A DNA stretch of 64,000 bases from Heteronotia binoei (lineage: Eukaryota), in NCBI RefSeq assembly GCF_032191835.1, contig NC_083237.1:29946001-30010000 (forward strand). The letters are read 5' to 3'. The position numbers and the translations under genes were made by a program. The notes beneath the pieces are model-generated. The model saw only the letters and a program-made list of their open reading frames with translations. It ran no database searches and had not been told where the DNA came from. This document shows positions 21,128 to 32,203 of this stretch, in pieces. The stretch's first letter is position 1. The number at the start of each line of letters is the position of its first letter.

Positions 21128-21637
21128 TATTTCACACTAGACCAGGGGTCCTCAAACTACGGCCCGCGGGCCAGATGCGGCCCACTGAGGACGTTTATGC
21201 GGCCCGCCGGGTTATGGCAAAATCAGACCGGAAGTGACGTTCGACCTAAACTCGCGTTAGCAACGCACACTTCTGGCACTGGGCTGAGGCGGCGGAGACA
21301 GAGTGTGAGGCAATACCGAGGTGAGGTGAGTTCCCAGGCCAGGGGGTGTGGTGTGGGGAAGGGAGAGAGATGCAGAAGACGGAGAACTGACGGCCCGCGG
21401 CCTTGTACAGTAACGGCAGTCTGGCCCTCCAACAGTCTGAGGGACAGTGAACTGGCCCCCTATTTAAAAAGTTTGAGGACCCCTGCACTAGACCTTTAAT
21501 CCTGAATTAATCCTGCCCCCAAACTTACATTCTACACTAAAATCATACAATCATAGAGTTTGTTTCTCTGATTCTAGTGTAGAATGTCAGTTTGGGGACA
21601 GAGCTAAACCAGGATTAAAGGTCTAGTGCGAAAATGC
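21128..21637. mobile_element. Palindromic MITE interrupted by the OC1-like element
   Basis: The left arm TTCACACTAGACCTTTAATCCTG..CCCCAAACTTACATTCTACACTA (split by the insert) is an imperfect reverse complement of 21575-21637. Confidence 0.6.
21143..21485. mobile_element. hAT MITE, OposCharlie1/OC1-like
   Basis: Perfect 16-bp TIR CAGGGGTCCTCAAACT/AGTTTGAGGACCCCTG and perfect 8-bp TSD CACTAGAC (21135-21142, 21486-21493). The termini resemble the OC1 consensus as I recall it. Confidence 0.8.
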
Positions 21638-22059
21638 TTAGCAGCATTAACCCGTTACAGTCAGGCCTCGGATTCAGTGGGAGCTCACAGGAGCGCAGCT
21701 CCTGAACCTTTCTGAGAGTTCCACCTCCTTGTCCATTGAATAGTAGGTGCAGCTGCATAACAATCCCTGGATGAGCTCCTCCACCTATTTTTCTACAAAA
21801 TGACCCCTGGTCATTTTGAAATGAAATCGGAGGCGAGAGGTACCATAAAAACTAACATTTTCCTCCCAAGCATGAGCTTTCCCTAGTCGCCGGAACTTCA
21901 CCAGATGCCGTGCCTCACGAAAGCTTACGCTGCTGCAAAAACTTTTGTTAGTCTTCTGAGGTGCCGACGGACTCCGCTTCCATTTCCCCGACCAGCTTTC
22001 CGAAACGCTTCAACCTGGCACACGGGTGGACTTGAAAGAAAGAAAACTACACTCCCCGG

Positions 22060-22204
22060 GATTCCTTGCGCGCCCCGCCCGAATAGCTCCTTCTGGGCGA
22101 ACTTTTCCTTTGTACCGGGACACGGGGTGGGGCGGAGCCCGATCGGAAGGCGGGTGGGCGGATTTAAGAGAATATTGAAACCAATTAGGAGAAGCGCGTT
22201 TGCC
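22060..22204 (+). promoter_or_regulatory. NFATC2IP CpG-island promoter (GC boxes, CCAAT)
   Basis: CGCCCCGCCC at ~22071, GGGCGG at ~22129 and ~22157, CCAAT at ~22181, high CpG density immediately before the ATG. Confidence 0.65.
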
Positions 22205-25200
22205 ATGGCGGAGGTGGTGGTAAAGAGGGAAGGGCCTGAGGGGTGGGGGACGGAAACGGGAAAGGTATTTTGGTGGCCCCTCGTTAACCGCTCTCCGCTC
22301 TGCTCCCTAGTTGGATTCGTGCTCCAGCAGTGACTCGGAGCCAGAGGGACCCCCCAAGAAGCGCCTCCCCAAGCGCCGCCGCCTCTGCCCGGACACTGCA
22401 GTCCTGGCCGTCCCGGTCTACTCCAATAAGGTGCGTGGAACCCACAAAGCCCCCAGAGTATCGTTTACTTCCAGTGCCCCTTATAGAGTGATTTGAAGAG
22501 CCGTGTTCGTCTGCGGCTACTGCAGCCAACATTTAAAAAATCAACCCAGGCATGCATCCCGCCGTGCCTTTCAAGGCGTGACACTTAAAAATAATAATAA
22601 TAACAACACTAAACCTGTGCATTTTTGGTCAGAAGAAAGCCCTGCAGTTTTCAGTTGAGTTTACTCCCGTGTAGTTGTCAACTCCAGAGGGATTTTCCTG
22701 GAGATCTGGGCTGGAGCCTCCACAGGATGTAATTTACGGAGGGGAGGGAGCTAAACAGGGAATGTGACACCACAGAGATCACCCTCTTAAGCCGCAGTGT
22801 TCTTCAAAGAAACTGATCTCTTTGATCTGGAGAGGAATTGTAATTCCAGCAGGTATCCAGGCCTCACCTGGAGGCTGGCAACCCAAGTACATAGGATTGC
22901 AACCTTTTTAGGACAAACTGTAATGAACTGTAACCTGCTTTGTCAGATGGAGGCATATGCTATAATAAAAGGTGCTGGGCTGTTAGTACCCGAATGCATG
23001 TAATTTGGAATTGCCCTTGTCTCAAAGAGTGCCACAGAGTTTCCCGATTTCTCCCATCCCTTGTGGTACAGTAAAACAGGTTGCCCTTCTTTTTACCATG
23101 CTGCTTTTTGCGATTTTGACCCAGAAACACTCTCTGACCACTCTGGTGTCTGCTGAGCTGAAGAGATTTAGCTTTTCAGCCCCACAGTGAAGGAATCACC
23201 TCCTTGCTGCTCCCTTGTCTATTCTAGTGGCCAGCTCTGCCTGTTTGTTGCCCATCTTGAAGGAATCTTAGTACCCTGAGTTTTTTCCTCTGCCACTACC
23301 CCACACAGGTTCAGAACAGCCTCCAGCTTTTCCCTGAATCTCTGAAGCTGCCGGTTCAAGGCCTGCTAGTGTCCTCTGGGCCCCAGGGTGCATCTGATGT
23401 GGAGGAGGAGAAAGCAGAATTAGTGGCAGTGTCCCCCACAGAAGAAGAAAAAAGGTTGGGTTCCTTCTCTTCCCCACTCCTCCTGTCCACTTACCTGCAG
23501 CCCCCAGTTAACAACCATCCATAATCTGTGTATTCCCTTCAACAGGTGTCAACTTTCGCCATCGTCACCATCCCCTCCGCCTTCCCCACGGCCACGGAGA
23601 CGGTGCCATGGAGCCCAGTAAGAGGCTGGGGTCCTTCAGAAGGGGAGGGGGGTTACATGGACTTCTGGGAAAGGGGGGGAAAGAGGGGAACCCCCAAGAT
23701 TGTTGGGATCTTCCATAGGTGGTGATTTCTATGAAGGCCTGTCCTGTGTTGGATGATCTGGGACACCTCTTGCTTGTGTGGTCTGACTTGGAAGTACTTG
23801 CTGGGGCTCATTATATGTTCAGAAGTTTTACGCTGCATTGTTCAGAAGTTTTACGCTGCATCTGGCAGTTTTACGCTGCCAGAGCCATCTGGGTCCTCTC
23901 TTGAGCTTTGTCCATGAAGTTACCGAGATTTGCTTGAAACATTGGGGGTGAGCAGGTAGGTGCTTAACAAAGTCCACAGTCTTCCTTCCCAGGACACCAC
24001 TTTGCCTCATTTCCAGTAGCTTCCCAAGTACAATTCCTGTGAGGGACATTACAAAAGGCAGAAGATCCAGGATCCCTTGTAGACTCCTGGCACTGGGTTA
24101 GAGGGACATGTATTCTGAATCATCATGTAGCTCTATACTATCTTAATTGCATATAGTCTGTCCTCAGAGTAGACACACAAGGTAGGTCACAGACTGAATT
24201 TCAAAGATGGGAGAGCTTGGGCAAAGAATGATTTATTCCATGCTCTCTAGGGAGCCTGGGAACAAGAGATGGGGTTTGAATTCTGACCTTCCAGTGCTCT
24301 GACCTCTGATCTATGCAATTCAGAGCTATTTTCATTCTAGCAGGGATTATCTCAACTTTCAAATGACAGGTTTCTCACTCTGGTTTCTAATCCCCCCACC
24401 CCGGGTCAGAATTCTTGACCAGAGGCTCAGAAATCTGACATCCACCCTCTCAGCTGTCAAGAAGAGCTTACAGGATGATGGGGATGATGTGATTCTGATT
24501 GACTCGCCTGAACCCTCAGAATCCCAGGAGCTGGTCCTGAAGATCCGGTGCCGGGCTGATCTCTACAGAGTTTCTATCCAGATGGTGAGACCTACTTAGT
24601 ATCCGCTCTCTTCCTCTGCGGAATCTTGCCTTTGCCATCATTCATCTCAGTTTTGCTTTCACCATTCTGAACTACGTGTTCCTCTTTCCTTCCTTATCTC
24701 TGTCACATACTCACCTCCTGTCTCTCCCATGGCGTCTTCCTTCTGCCAATAGCCCCTCTGGGCCTTCAGGAAAACATGGTTCTGTCTACCTAGAACATTT
24801 TTAATCCTATCCTGCCTCCAAAGAAGCTAAGAGAGGCATTCACATCTCTTCCTTCATTTCATTATCACCCAGCCCTGCAAGGTAGGTTAGGTTGAGAGAA
24901 AGATCCAGGGTTGCCCAGTGAGTTTAATGGGTGGGTGGGGATCTGAAACTGATGTCTCAGCTCCTCGCTGGACATTCTTGCCGCTTAGGCTTTCAGTAAG
25001 TCTGGCGGTGTGCAGTAAATACCATACTTGTGATATGATATTGTATAATGTTAATATATACAGCAAATATATTAATAGGATTAATATATATATATTTAAT
25101 TTATATTTTTTAACCTTTTAATAACAATTTTTAAACAAAATAAACCAAAATATATTACAAACTTTGGGTCCATATCCTTCTATCATATATAGTGTTTTAA

Positions 25201-28167
25201 GTACAACTAAAACAAATCATAGATAAATATAAAGAGTTGTTTGGAATTATTTCTTCTTGAGCTAAGTATTCAAGTACTGGAAACCATACTGCAACTACCT
25301 TTGCGTCATAATTTTTCGGAGACAAAATTAAATTTGAATAAGCCAATTTCAAAAGAATAAAGTAATCCCACAGTTTCCATAACCAAAGTGGTATAGAAGG
25401 TGGCTTTTTATCTAACCGTTTTGTTGCAATAATGTTTCTTGCAATTGATAGTAATATTGATATTAGTTCACCTTTTAGGATTAATATATTAAATAACTTG
25501 TATGTTTTTGAATAAATTATATGTAACAGTAAATACAGCTAACAAACCCCAGTAACAAGCATTGAACTGATTAGGTAACAGCTGTATATGAGGTTGCCCT
25601 GACCTGAATAGTTCAGGTTCCCCAGTGTCATCAGATCTTGGAAGACAATGAGCAGAGTTGGCCCCAGTCAGCATTTCAGTGGGAGAACACCAGGATAAAC
25701 CAGGTGTTCCTTCCAAGCTGTGTATGTGAGCACAGGAAGCTCATTAACCGGGAAGCCCCACTCAGCAGCAATCTGCCCACTGTTCATTTTAAGCCTGTGC
25801 CAGCAGTTGTATTCTGCTCAGGTTGTGAACTGCTCCACTCAGTAGGGGAAAAAATTTAGAGAGAACATTGGCTGCAGCCCCTTCTCCCTCAGAGAAACTT
25901 CTGGCACAGGTTTGCTGCAGTGCTTTACACACAGCTTCTGCAAAATTGTGAATGTTTGTACAAACCCATAGGGAAACTGGGAGGGTTGGGAGACATACTG
26001 ATCAGGATCTTCCTGATTGGCTAGGGTTGTTCTTTGGTGCTCTGCACTCTCAAACAATGTTCATACTTTCTTAGACTGACCGCCTTCAGCGAGTGGCTGA
26101 ACATATGGGACAGACGCTGAAGGTTCATCCAAGCAGAATACTCCTCCTGCTCCGGGACCGTGAACTTGCAGCTGATGCCACTCCCGGTGGGCTGGGCCTA
26201 GGGGTGGCTGATATTATTGGTAAGCTGTCAGTCTCCTTCCATCAGCCTTCTTGTTCCTCTGTCTTGATCTCCTGCTCCACTCCTGCCTTGCTCCTAAACT
26301 TCTAACACAGGCATGTCAAACATGTAGCCTGGGGGCTGAATGAGGCCCCCAAGCAACTGGCTGTGATTTGCTTCCTTCTCCCTCTCTCGTTTCCTTCTGC
26401 ATAACAGCTTGCTTTGCAAGGCTTGCTCAATCGCATAGGAGCTACAGAGCAAAACCTCTATTTTCTCCATTGGCTGAGGCTTCTCCCATGGGAAGGAAGG
26501 GGGGGAGGGACAGCTTGCTTTGCCAGGCTCTCTCAATTACATAGCAAAGCTACACTTCCAAGCCTCTTTTCCTTTTTTTGGCTGAGGCTCCTCCCCTTGT
26601 GGTCCCCTGGGGAAGGAAGGAAAGAGCCAGAGCTTCCTTTGCCCAGTTCCCTGGATCCCATGGGAGAGATACAAAGAAAGCATCTTTAAGACCAACAAGT
26701 GCTAATGTTTTAAGCATGTGTTATTTTAAGTTTAAACAAAATCTGTGTGTTCTTTATGAAGTTTATATTTCTGCTACCTAATCTTAAATAGGTACACACA
26801 GGTTCCAATGCTGATCCCAACATGGCCTGACCCAACAAGGTCTCATTTATGTCAGATCTGGCCCTCCTAACAAATGAGTTTGACACCCCTGTTCTAATGC
26901 TTCCTCGTGGCCATATTTTTCCCTCCAGATTGCGTAGTGGAGGCGACTAGCAAAGAGAGTGGTGAGGTGGGAAACTTGCAGCTGCATGTGCAAGGGAAGG
27001 ACAAGAGCTCCCACATGGACATCACAGTCCGCAGGGTAAGAGTATTACTCGGAGGGGGGATATTATTATTAGTAATAATAAAGATAAGCCAGTTTAGGGC
27101 GGGGGAAGGATACAAAGAAATTAACTTTTTTATCCAAAAAGTATTACAATAAAATTGTCAAGTCTAATCTCAGCAAAGTCAGTAGAGCAGCAAAACACCA
27201 GAGCAGAATCATTCATAGTAAAGGGGCTCTTCTCCTGTCTGTGTCGAACTGGGCCACCCACAGACAAGACCAGGGTGTCCGCATGTTTGGGAGTATCCCC
27301 TGATATGCAGGAAAATGTAACTTAATAAATTAACCTAAAGGAATCCCCTTCCCTCCCCCAAAAGCATCCTGATGAGGACTTGGAATATCCTTCAGGAAGC
27401 AATGAGGTGTTGGCAGCACCTGAGAGTCAGTTAAAAGAAAAAAAAATGGGAGATTGGCCTGCTGAAGGCCCTGAAGATTTGTAGAGTCCTGGAAGAGGAG
27501 ATCTTGGGGTGGAGAGGAGGACTTCCCAAATGATTTCCCACATCCTATGACTTCTCATAGGCCCCCAGCTTGTAATAATTCAATCTGAAAGCAGAGGGGG
27601 GAAGTCTTTGCCTGGCACCAAAACACTAGCAGCAGCCTCTGGAGATGCAGCAGTGAATTTGAGAAGGGCTTTTTTTCTAGGTCCCACCTGCTCTCCCTCC
27701 ATAGGTGATAGGACCAAGGGAAAGGCCTCTGATGCAGACTTAAGTGAAATGGGCAGGTTCTTGCAGAAGGAGGGCCTTCCAACTGAGGATATTCATTCTA
27801 ATCAGCTACCTAGGAAGGTGGTGGGCTGCCCCTCCCTGGCAGTCTTTAAGCAGCGGTTGGACAAACACCTGTCAGGGACGCTCAGTGCTGATCCTGCATT
27901 GAGAAGGGGGTTGAATTCGATGGCCTGTATGGCCCCTCTCAACTCTGATTCCTCTTATGGGTTAGAAAACATTGTAGCGCTTTCTCTCTCCGTCTTGTCT
28001 CTTGGCAGAATGAGCCGTTGCGGACACTGATGAATTGCTATCGTCAGGCCCAAGGACTTGGGAGGCGCAAACTGACCTTCTACTTTGATGGGCAGCGTTT
28101 GGAAGAAAGCTGGACCCCAGAAGACATGGGGATGGAGCGTGGCGACGTCATTGAAGTGTGGAGCTAG
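22205..28167 (+). CDS. NFATC2IP: NFATC2-interacting protein (NIP45; tandem SUMO-like domains), 8 coding exons, 312 aa
   Basis: Exons 22205-22219, 22311-22430, 23309-23454, 23546-23617, 24410-24584, 26075-26219, 26929-27035, 28009-28167 (939 nt, open frame). Motifs VPVYSNKV, LKIRCRADL, PSRILLLL..LGVADIIDCVV, LQLHVQGK, LTFYFDG..MERGDVIEVWS* match NIP45. It lies next to SPNS1 and LAT, as in mammals. Confidence 0.95.
25090..25580 (-). mobile_element. L1 LINE ORF2 3' fragment in NFATC2IP intron 5
   Basis: Reverse translation with one frameshift gives LLSIARNIIATK-(W)LDKKPPSIPLWLWKLW...VWFPVLEYL, the typical C-terminal pattern of non-mammalian L1 ORF2. Confidence 0.65.
26308..26891. mobile_element. 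hAT MITE (CAGGGGTGTCAAAC TIR family)
   Basis: CAGGCATGTCAAAC...GTTTGACACCCCTG. Flanks TTCTAACA and TTCTAATG are consistent with an ancestral TTCTAACG TSD decayed at its CpG on opposite strands. Confidence 0.7.
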
Positions 28168-28817
28168 AGAGCTCTTCTCTCTTGGGCAAAGAGGCCATGT
28201 CTCTTTGGGGTCTCCATCAGGATCCGAGCTCTGACAGACTTAAATCCATGCTACTTCTTACTTATCCCTACTTTACCTTTTGCTATTGGGGGAAGGGGGT
28301 GGAGGGACGAGGAAAAGAAATGTCACTTGGTGTGGAGGAATTGCCTACATTTTCTATCCTTTCTGGGCCACAAGAGGCAAAAGACTGGGATCTCTCTCAT
28401 TTCTTTCCATCTTCCAAATATTTGGAAACCACAAATAAAGAATTGTTTAAATTGACCTAATATAGGAGCTTGGATGGGAGAGAAAGTGGTGTTTAGCAGT
28501 GGACAGATATATATTCAGAGGCCCTGATAAATCCTGTTTCAATAAACTGGATTGATCACAATCCCACAAACAGTCCAGCAAAAATTTGGTGATGGGGGTT
28601 TCAAAGCAGTTTGCAGTTGTGCTGTGCAAGCTGTGCTTAACAGACAGTGACTCCAGAATTCACAAATCATAGTTGGGAGTAAAGCTGTTCCTTGTGGCTG
28701 TCTGGCTCTGGCAAGGTTATCCTCTCTGCTGGCAGGAAACCAACAAGCTAGGCTTTGTGCATAAAATGAGGGTTACTGTTTATGTGTGGAAGCATAACTG
28801 GAGTTGGTTGCACAAAC

Positions 28818-28910
28818 TGTCAGGACACCTAAACACAGCTGTAGTGCCCTATAGGAGTTGGGACCTTGTCAGGACATCTAAACACAGCTGTAGTGCCCTA
28901 CAGGAGTTGG
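28818..28910 (+). repeat. 49-bp period tandem duplication downstream of the NFATC2IP stop
   Basis: TGTCAGGACACCTAAACACAGCTGTAGTGCCCTATAGGAGTTGG occurs twice with 2 mismatches. Confidence 0.85.
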
Positions 28911-29144
28911 AATGAGGGTTAATCTTTACTGTAGTCCATGTGGTCTCAATTGATATTTTAAACCTGTCTTTTTAAAATATGTATATATACTTTTGTAATA
29001 TATAAATAACTAGAAAATAAAGAAGGAAAAAAATTGCATTTCTTTAAATGAATTAGTGTAATGAGTGCAATTGTTGGTGAAAAGGGGGAATAGAAAAGGG
29101 AAAAAACACAGAACTTAATGCTTGTTATTTATTGCTGCTAGGCC

Positions 29145-29290
29145 AGGCTATACTGATTGTGTCAGATCTTGGAAGCTAAGCAGGGTGGGCCCTGGTAGGT
29201 ACTTGGATGGAAGACCAACAAGCAAGTTCAGGGTTGCTATGCAGAGGGGAGGGGGGAAATGGCAAACTACCTTTGTTCATCTTACCTTAA
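29145..29290 (+). mobile_element. 5S rRNA-derived SINE (5S head plus Sauria/BovB-like tail)
   Basis: GATCTTGGAAGCTAAGCAGGGTGGGCCCTGGTAGGTACTTGGATGGAAGACC resembles the 5S internal control region, followed by AATGGCAAACTACC. Confidence 0.7.
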
Positions 29291-30763
29291 GGAAATGGAT
29301 AGTATCGAAATTCCACGGTCAGTCATGAAGTCATAGGGTTGAATCCAGCCAGCTTTCCCCCTAAACCTCATTCAATCCCACTCCCTATTTCAGCTCCTTT
29401 CCCACATGGCTTTTCCCCTCACACAAGTCCCATTTCCCCTGGCATAGGCTTTTTGTAGATCACAGGGCTTCCTCTTTTTTTTTTCACCACCAGAAAAGCT
29501 GGTGCAATTCAATCTACAGTTTCAGTCTCTGCCCAGTGCTAGTTTCTTTGTACATTAGCTAGCAGTCTTATGTATATTTAGCTAGGTAGAAGTCCCATTG
29601 AATTCAGTGGGATTTACTTCTGCATATGAATATGTATTGGACTGAGCTGTCTGCTTCTGAAGGTGGATCTCAAATTTTTTTTCTTAAAGAAGCTGGTTCA
29701 GGTGAATAAGCCAAGTTGTGAACCATGGCTTGGATCTTGTGATAAGTTTCCATTAATGGAAGAGGCAATGTTTCCAAGTGTCCCCTGTTTGGAGCTGCAG
29801 AGGGATGTGAAGGGTGGAAAAGTGCTCCTGACAGCAATGCTTCCTAGTAGTAGAGGCTTACTGTGGGATCCAAGCCCTACAGCACAGGATAAGATGGCAG
29901 CGATGAGCTCGAGATGCCTTCTCCAACAGCCATATCGTGGTGAGCTCAGAAGACGCCTTCTAACAGCCATATTCAAAGAAGAATTTTGCACTCCAAACAA
30001 CAGCAGGTCTTTGACTAAGAGCCAACAGCAGTCAAGCTTTCTTGAAAATATTCTTTCTGGCTTCTCTTGTATGTCTATTCTTTGCACCAGATACAGCCAG
30101 CTTTTTCACTCCCATCTTGCATAATTCCCTTCTGTTCCAAGTGTTTGTTGTCCAGATCCCATTATCTCAACTATAGCCTTTTAGATGGCCATAGGGGCAT
30201 CCCACCTCCCTTTTTCACCAGAGGATTTGAATGTTTCCTCTTTATAACCCATGAAGGCTGCTGTCATTATGCATAAGAAACAGGCAAGATGCCCTTTAAA
30301 GGGACAGTTTCCAAAGTGCCAGAAAGAAAAATCTTCCTCGTGCTCGGGTTGTGAATTCATACACAGGCGAGATTTTTCATTGTGCATAAGGAAGAAGTAG
30401 CACAATAATAGGACAACCTCTGCCAAATAATTGGAGTTCTACTCCTTGAATGTTGCCTAAGTGCCAAAACTAAACAGCAAAATCAAACAACGGCAGGAGT
30501 ATAGTATGACAACCCTTCAGCAGGCTCTTGTGGGAGTCAGCAGTACACTTGTTTCCTTAGATGCAAAGAGTATCCATAGCAAATAGATCTGTATGTTAGT
30601 TACAAAGAGAAAAAGTATAAATGGGGAGCTAGGGTTACCTGCAGGCCTCCGATTCAGTGGGAGCTCACAGGAACCTTTCTGAGAGTTCCACCTCCTCCTG
30701 AGAGTTCCACCTCCTTGTCCATTGAATAGTATTGCAGCTGCATAACAATCCCTGGATGAGCTC

Positions 30764-31148
30764 TGAAAGGGGGAGCACTGTTGTTTAACTCTAGTTCTGT
30801 AAGCATGTGTGGTTACTATGGAAACTAAGAAAAAGTAGCAGTAACAATGGTTGGAAGGAGAAGAGGGGAGGGGGGAAGATTAGGAGTGTTATACTTTTAA
30901 AACCTGCGCGCGTTGGTGCTAGGCAAGATTGTGAGGGAATTCACCAATCAGTGAGTTCCACAGGGGGTTTGGCTTAGGTATATAAGGACTGTGCTGCGAC
31001 ACAGAAGGCGGAGTCGACGGGTGGAAGCTAATCTATCCGGGCTCCCTGTGCTTTGCAAACCATGTTCTATTAAACAATCCTTGTTGGACCCTCCCGTGTA
31101 TGAGTCATTGTTTAACATACAACATCTGGACAGGCTCTACACGTAACA
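30764..31148 (+). mobile_element. Solo LTR (retroviral or Gypsy-type)
   Basis: TG...CA termini, 5-bp TSD AGCTC (30759-30763, 31149-31153), CCAAT 30944, TATATAA 30979, ATTAAA 31069. It interrupts a MITE (~30640-31195) whose uninterrupted sibling is at ~21660-21810. Confidence 0.75.
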
Positions 31149-31569
31149 AGCTCCACCACCCATTTCTCTACAAAATGACTCCTGGTTATCTGCATCCAGA
31201 TGGGGTCTGGGACCCCTGGAATTACAACTGATTTCCAAGCTACACTGTTGTGCATAACAGTAGTACAATGTATAGAGCACATTTTCTCCAGTGGAGCTGA
31301 TTTCTAGTCTGGAGATCAGCTGAAATCCTGGGAGATCCCCAGGCCCCATCTGGAGGCTGGCAACCTGCAGAGATCAGTTCCCCTGGAGAAAATGGCTGCT
31401 TGTAGGTACTGTATGTCTGCTGAATGTACTGTATGCATGTCTGCTGAAGTCCCTTCCCAATCTACACTCCCAAATCTCTTGGAGTTGGTAGCACTATGGT
31501 GAGCCCCTTAAAGGCTAAACGAGTGAGAAACAATAAGCTACGCAAGGCATTTGTTCTGTTCAGCGTCTT

Positions 31570-32002
31570 TAACGTTACTAGCAACACAATGGAACGAATA
31601 CCAGGTTACCATTTCTCCAAGCTCACCTCTATTGCTTAGTCACCATGGCAACGGGCCCCACGCGGAAGAACAACTTGTGGTTGCGGTTGCGCAAAGGTGA
31701 GGGAGCGAAAACAAACACGGGAGAAGATTGGCTCTCGCCGCCAAAAGTCACCTCACCGCAGTGCCCTGATGAAAGGAAAGCGCCTATTGGTTGCTCCAAG
31801 ACGTTGGAGGGCGGGAGGGAGAGGGTGGCCCGTTGTCGCCACAGCAACCCGGGTCGCCGAGCCGTGGCGGCGACGGAAACAGAAGAGGTCATGTGACGCG
31901 AGAGCAGTCTGAGGGGGAATATCACGTGATGTCAGCCGGCCGCTTCCCTTATTGAGGTGGGGAGGCCGGCTGGATCAGCTTCTGGGGGAGGGAAGGCCTA
32001 GG
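31570..32002 (+). promoter_or_regulatory. SPNS1 promoter and probable non-coding first exon
   Basis: CpG-rich. RFX X-box-like sites at 31574, 31639 and 31835; inverted CCAAT at 31727 and 31786; GTCATGTGAC at 31888; ATCACGTGAT at 31921; donor AGG|gtaagt at 32002/32003. Confidence 0.7.
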
Positions 32003-32203
32003 GTAAGTGAGCACCGGGGGGAACTTCCTGGGTGATTCTGCAGTTAAATTAGAATTTGGAGCCTGAGAATCTTGGGGGTTTCTGGCCCTTGGGTGGGATG
32101 AGGGAGCCTATCGGCTCGCTTGGTGAATGGCGGGGCTGTTCCCATCCTCAGCCCACCCCCCTTTCGCTCTGCCTGCCCTTCAAGGGTGAGAACGGTGCTG
32201 ATC

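Noticed and set aside
23528-23725. ORF-track frame as NFATC2IP exon 4
   Set aside because: Phase from exon 3 requires the other frame (CQLSPSSPSPPPSPRPRRR), which matches the SP-rich segment of NIP45.
27366-27400. Hammerhead core at CTGATGAGG
   Set aside because: No GAAA after a closable helix II and no UH/helix I.
29145-29260. 5S rRNA gene (also ~25590, ~44050, ~47870)
   Set aside because: Each copy is diverged, lacks proper 5S ends and a T-run terminator, and continues into a SINE tail. These are 5S-derived SINEs.
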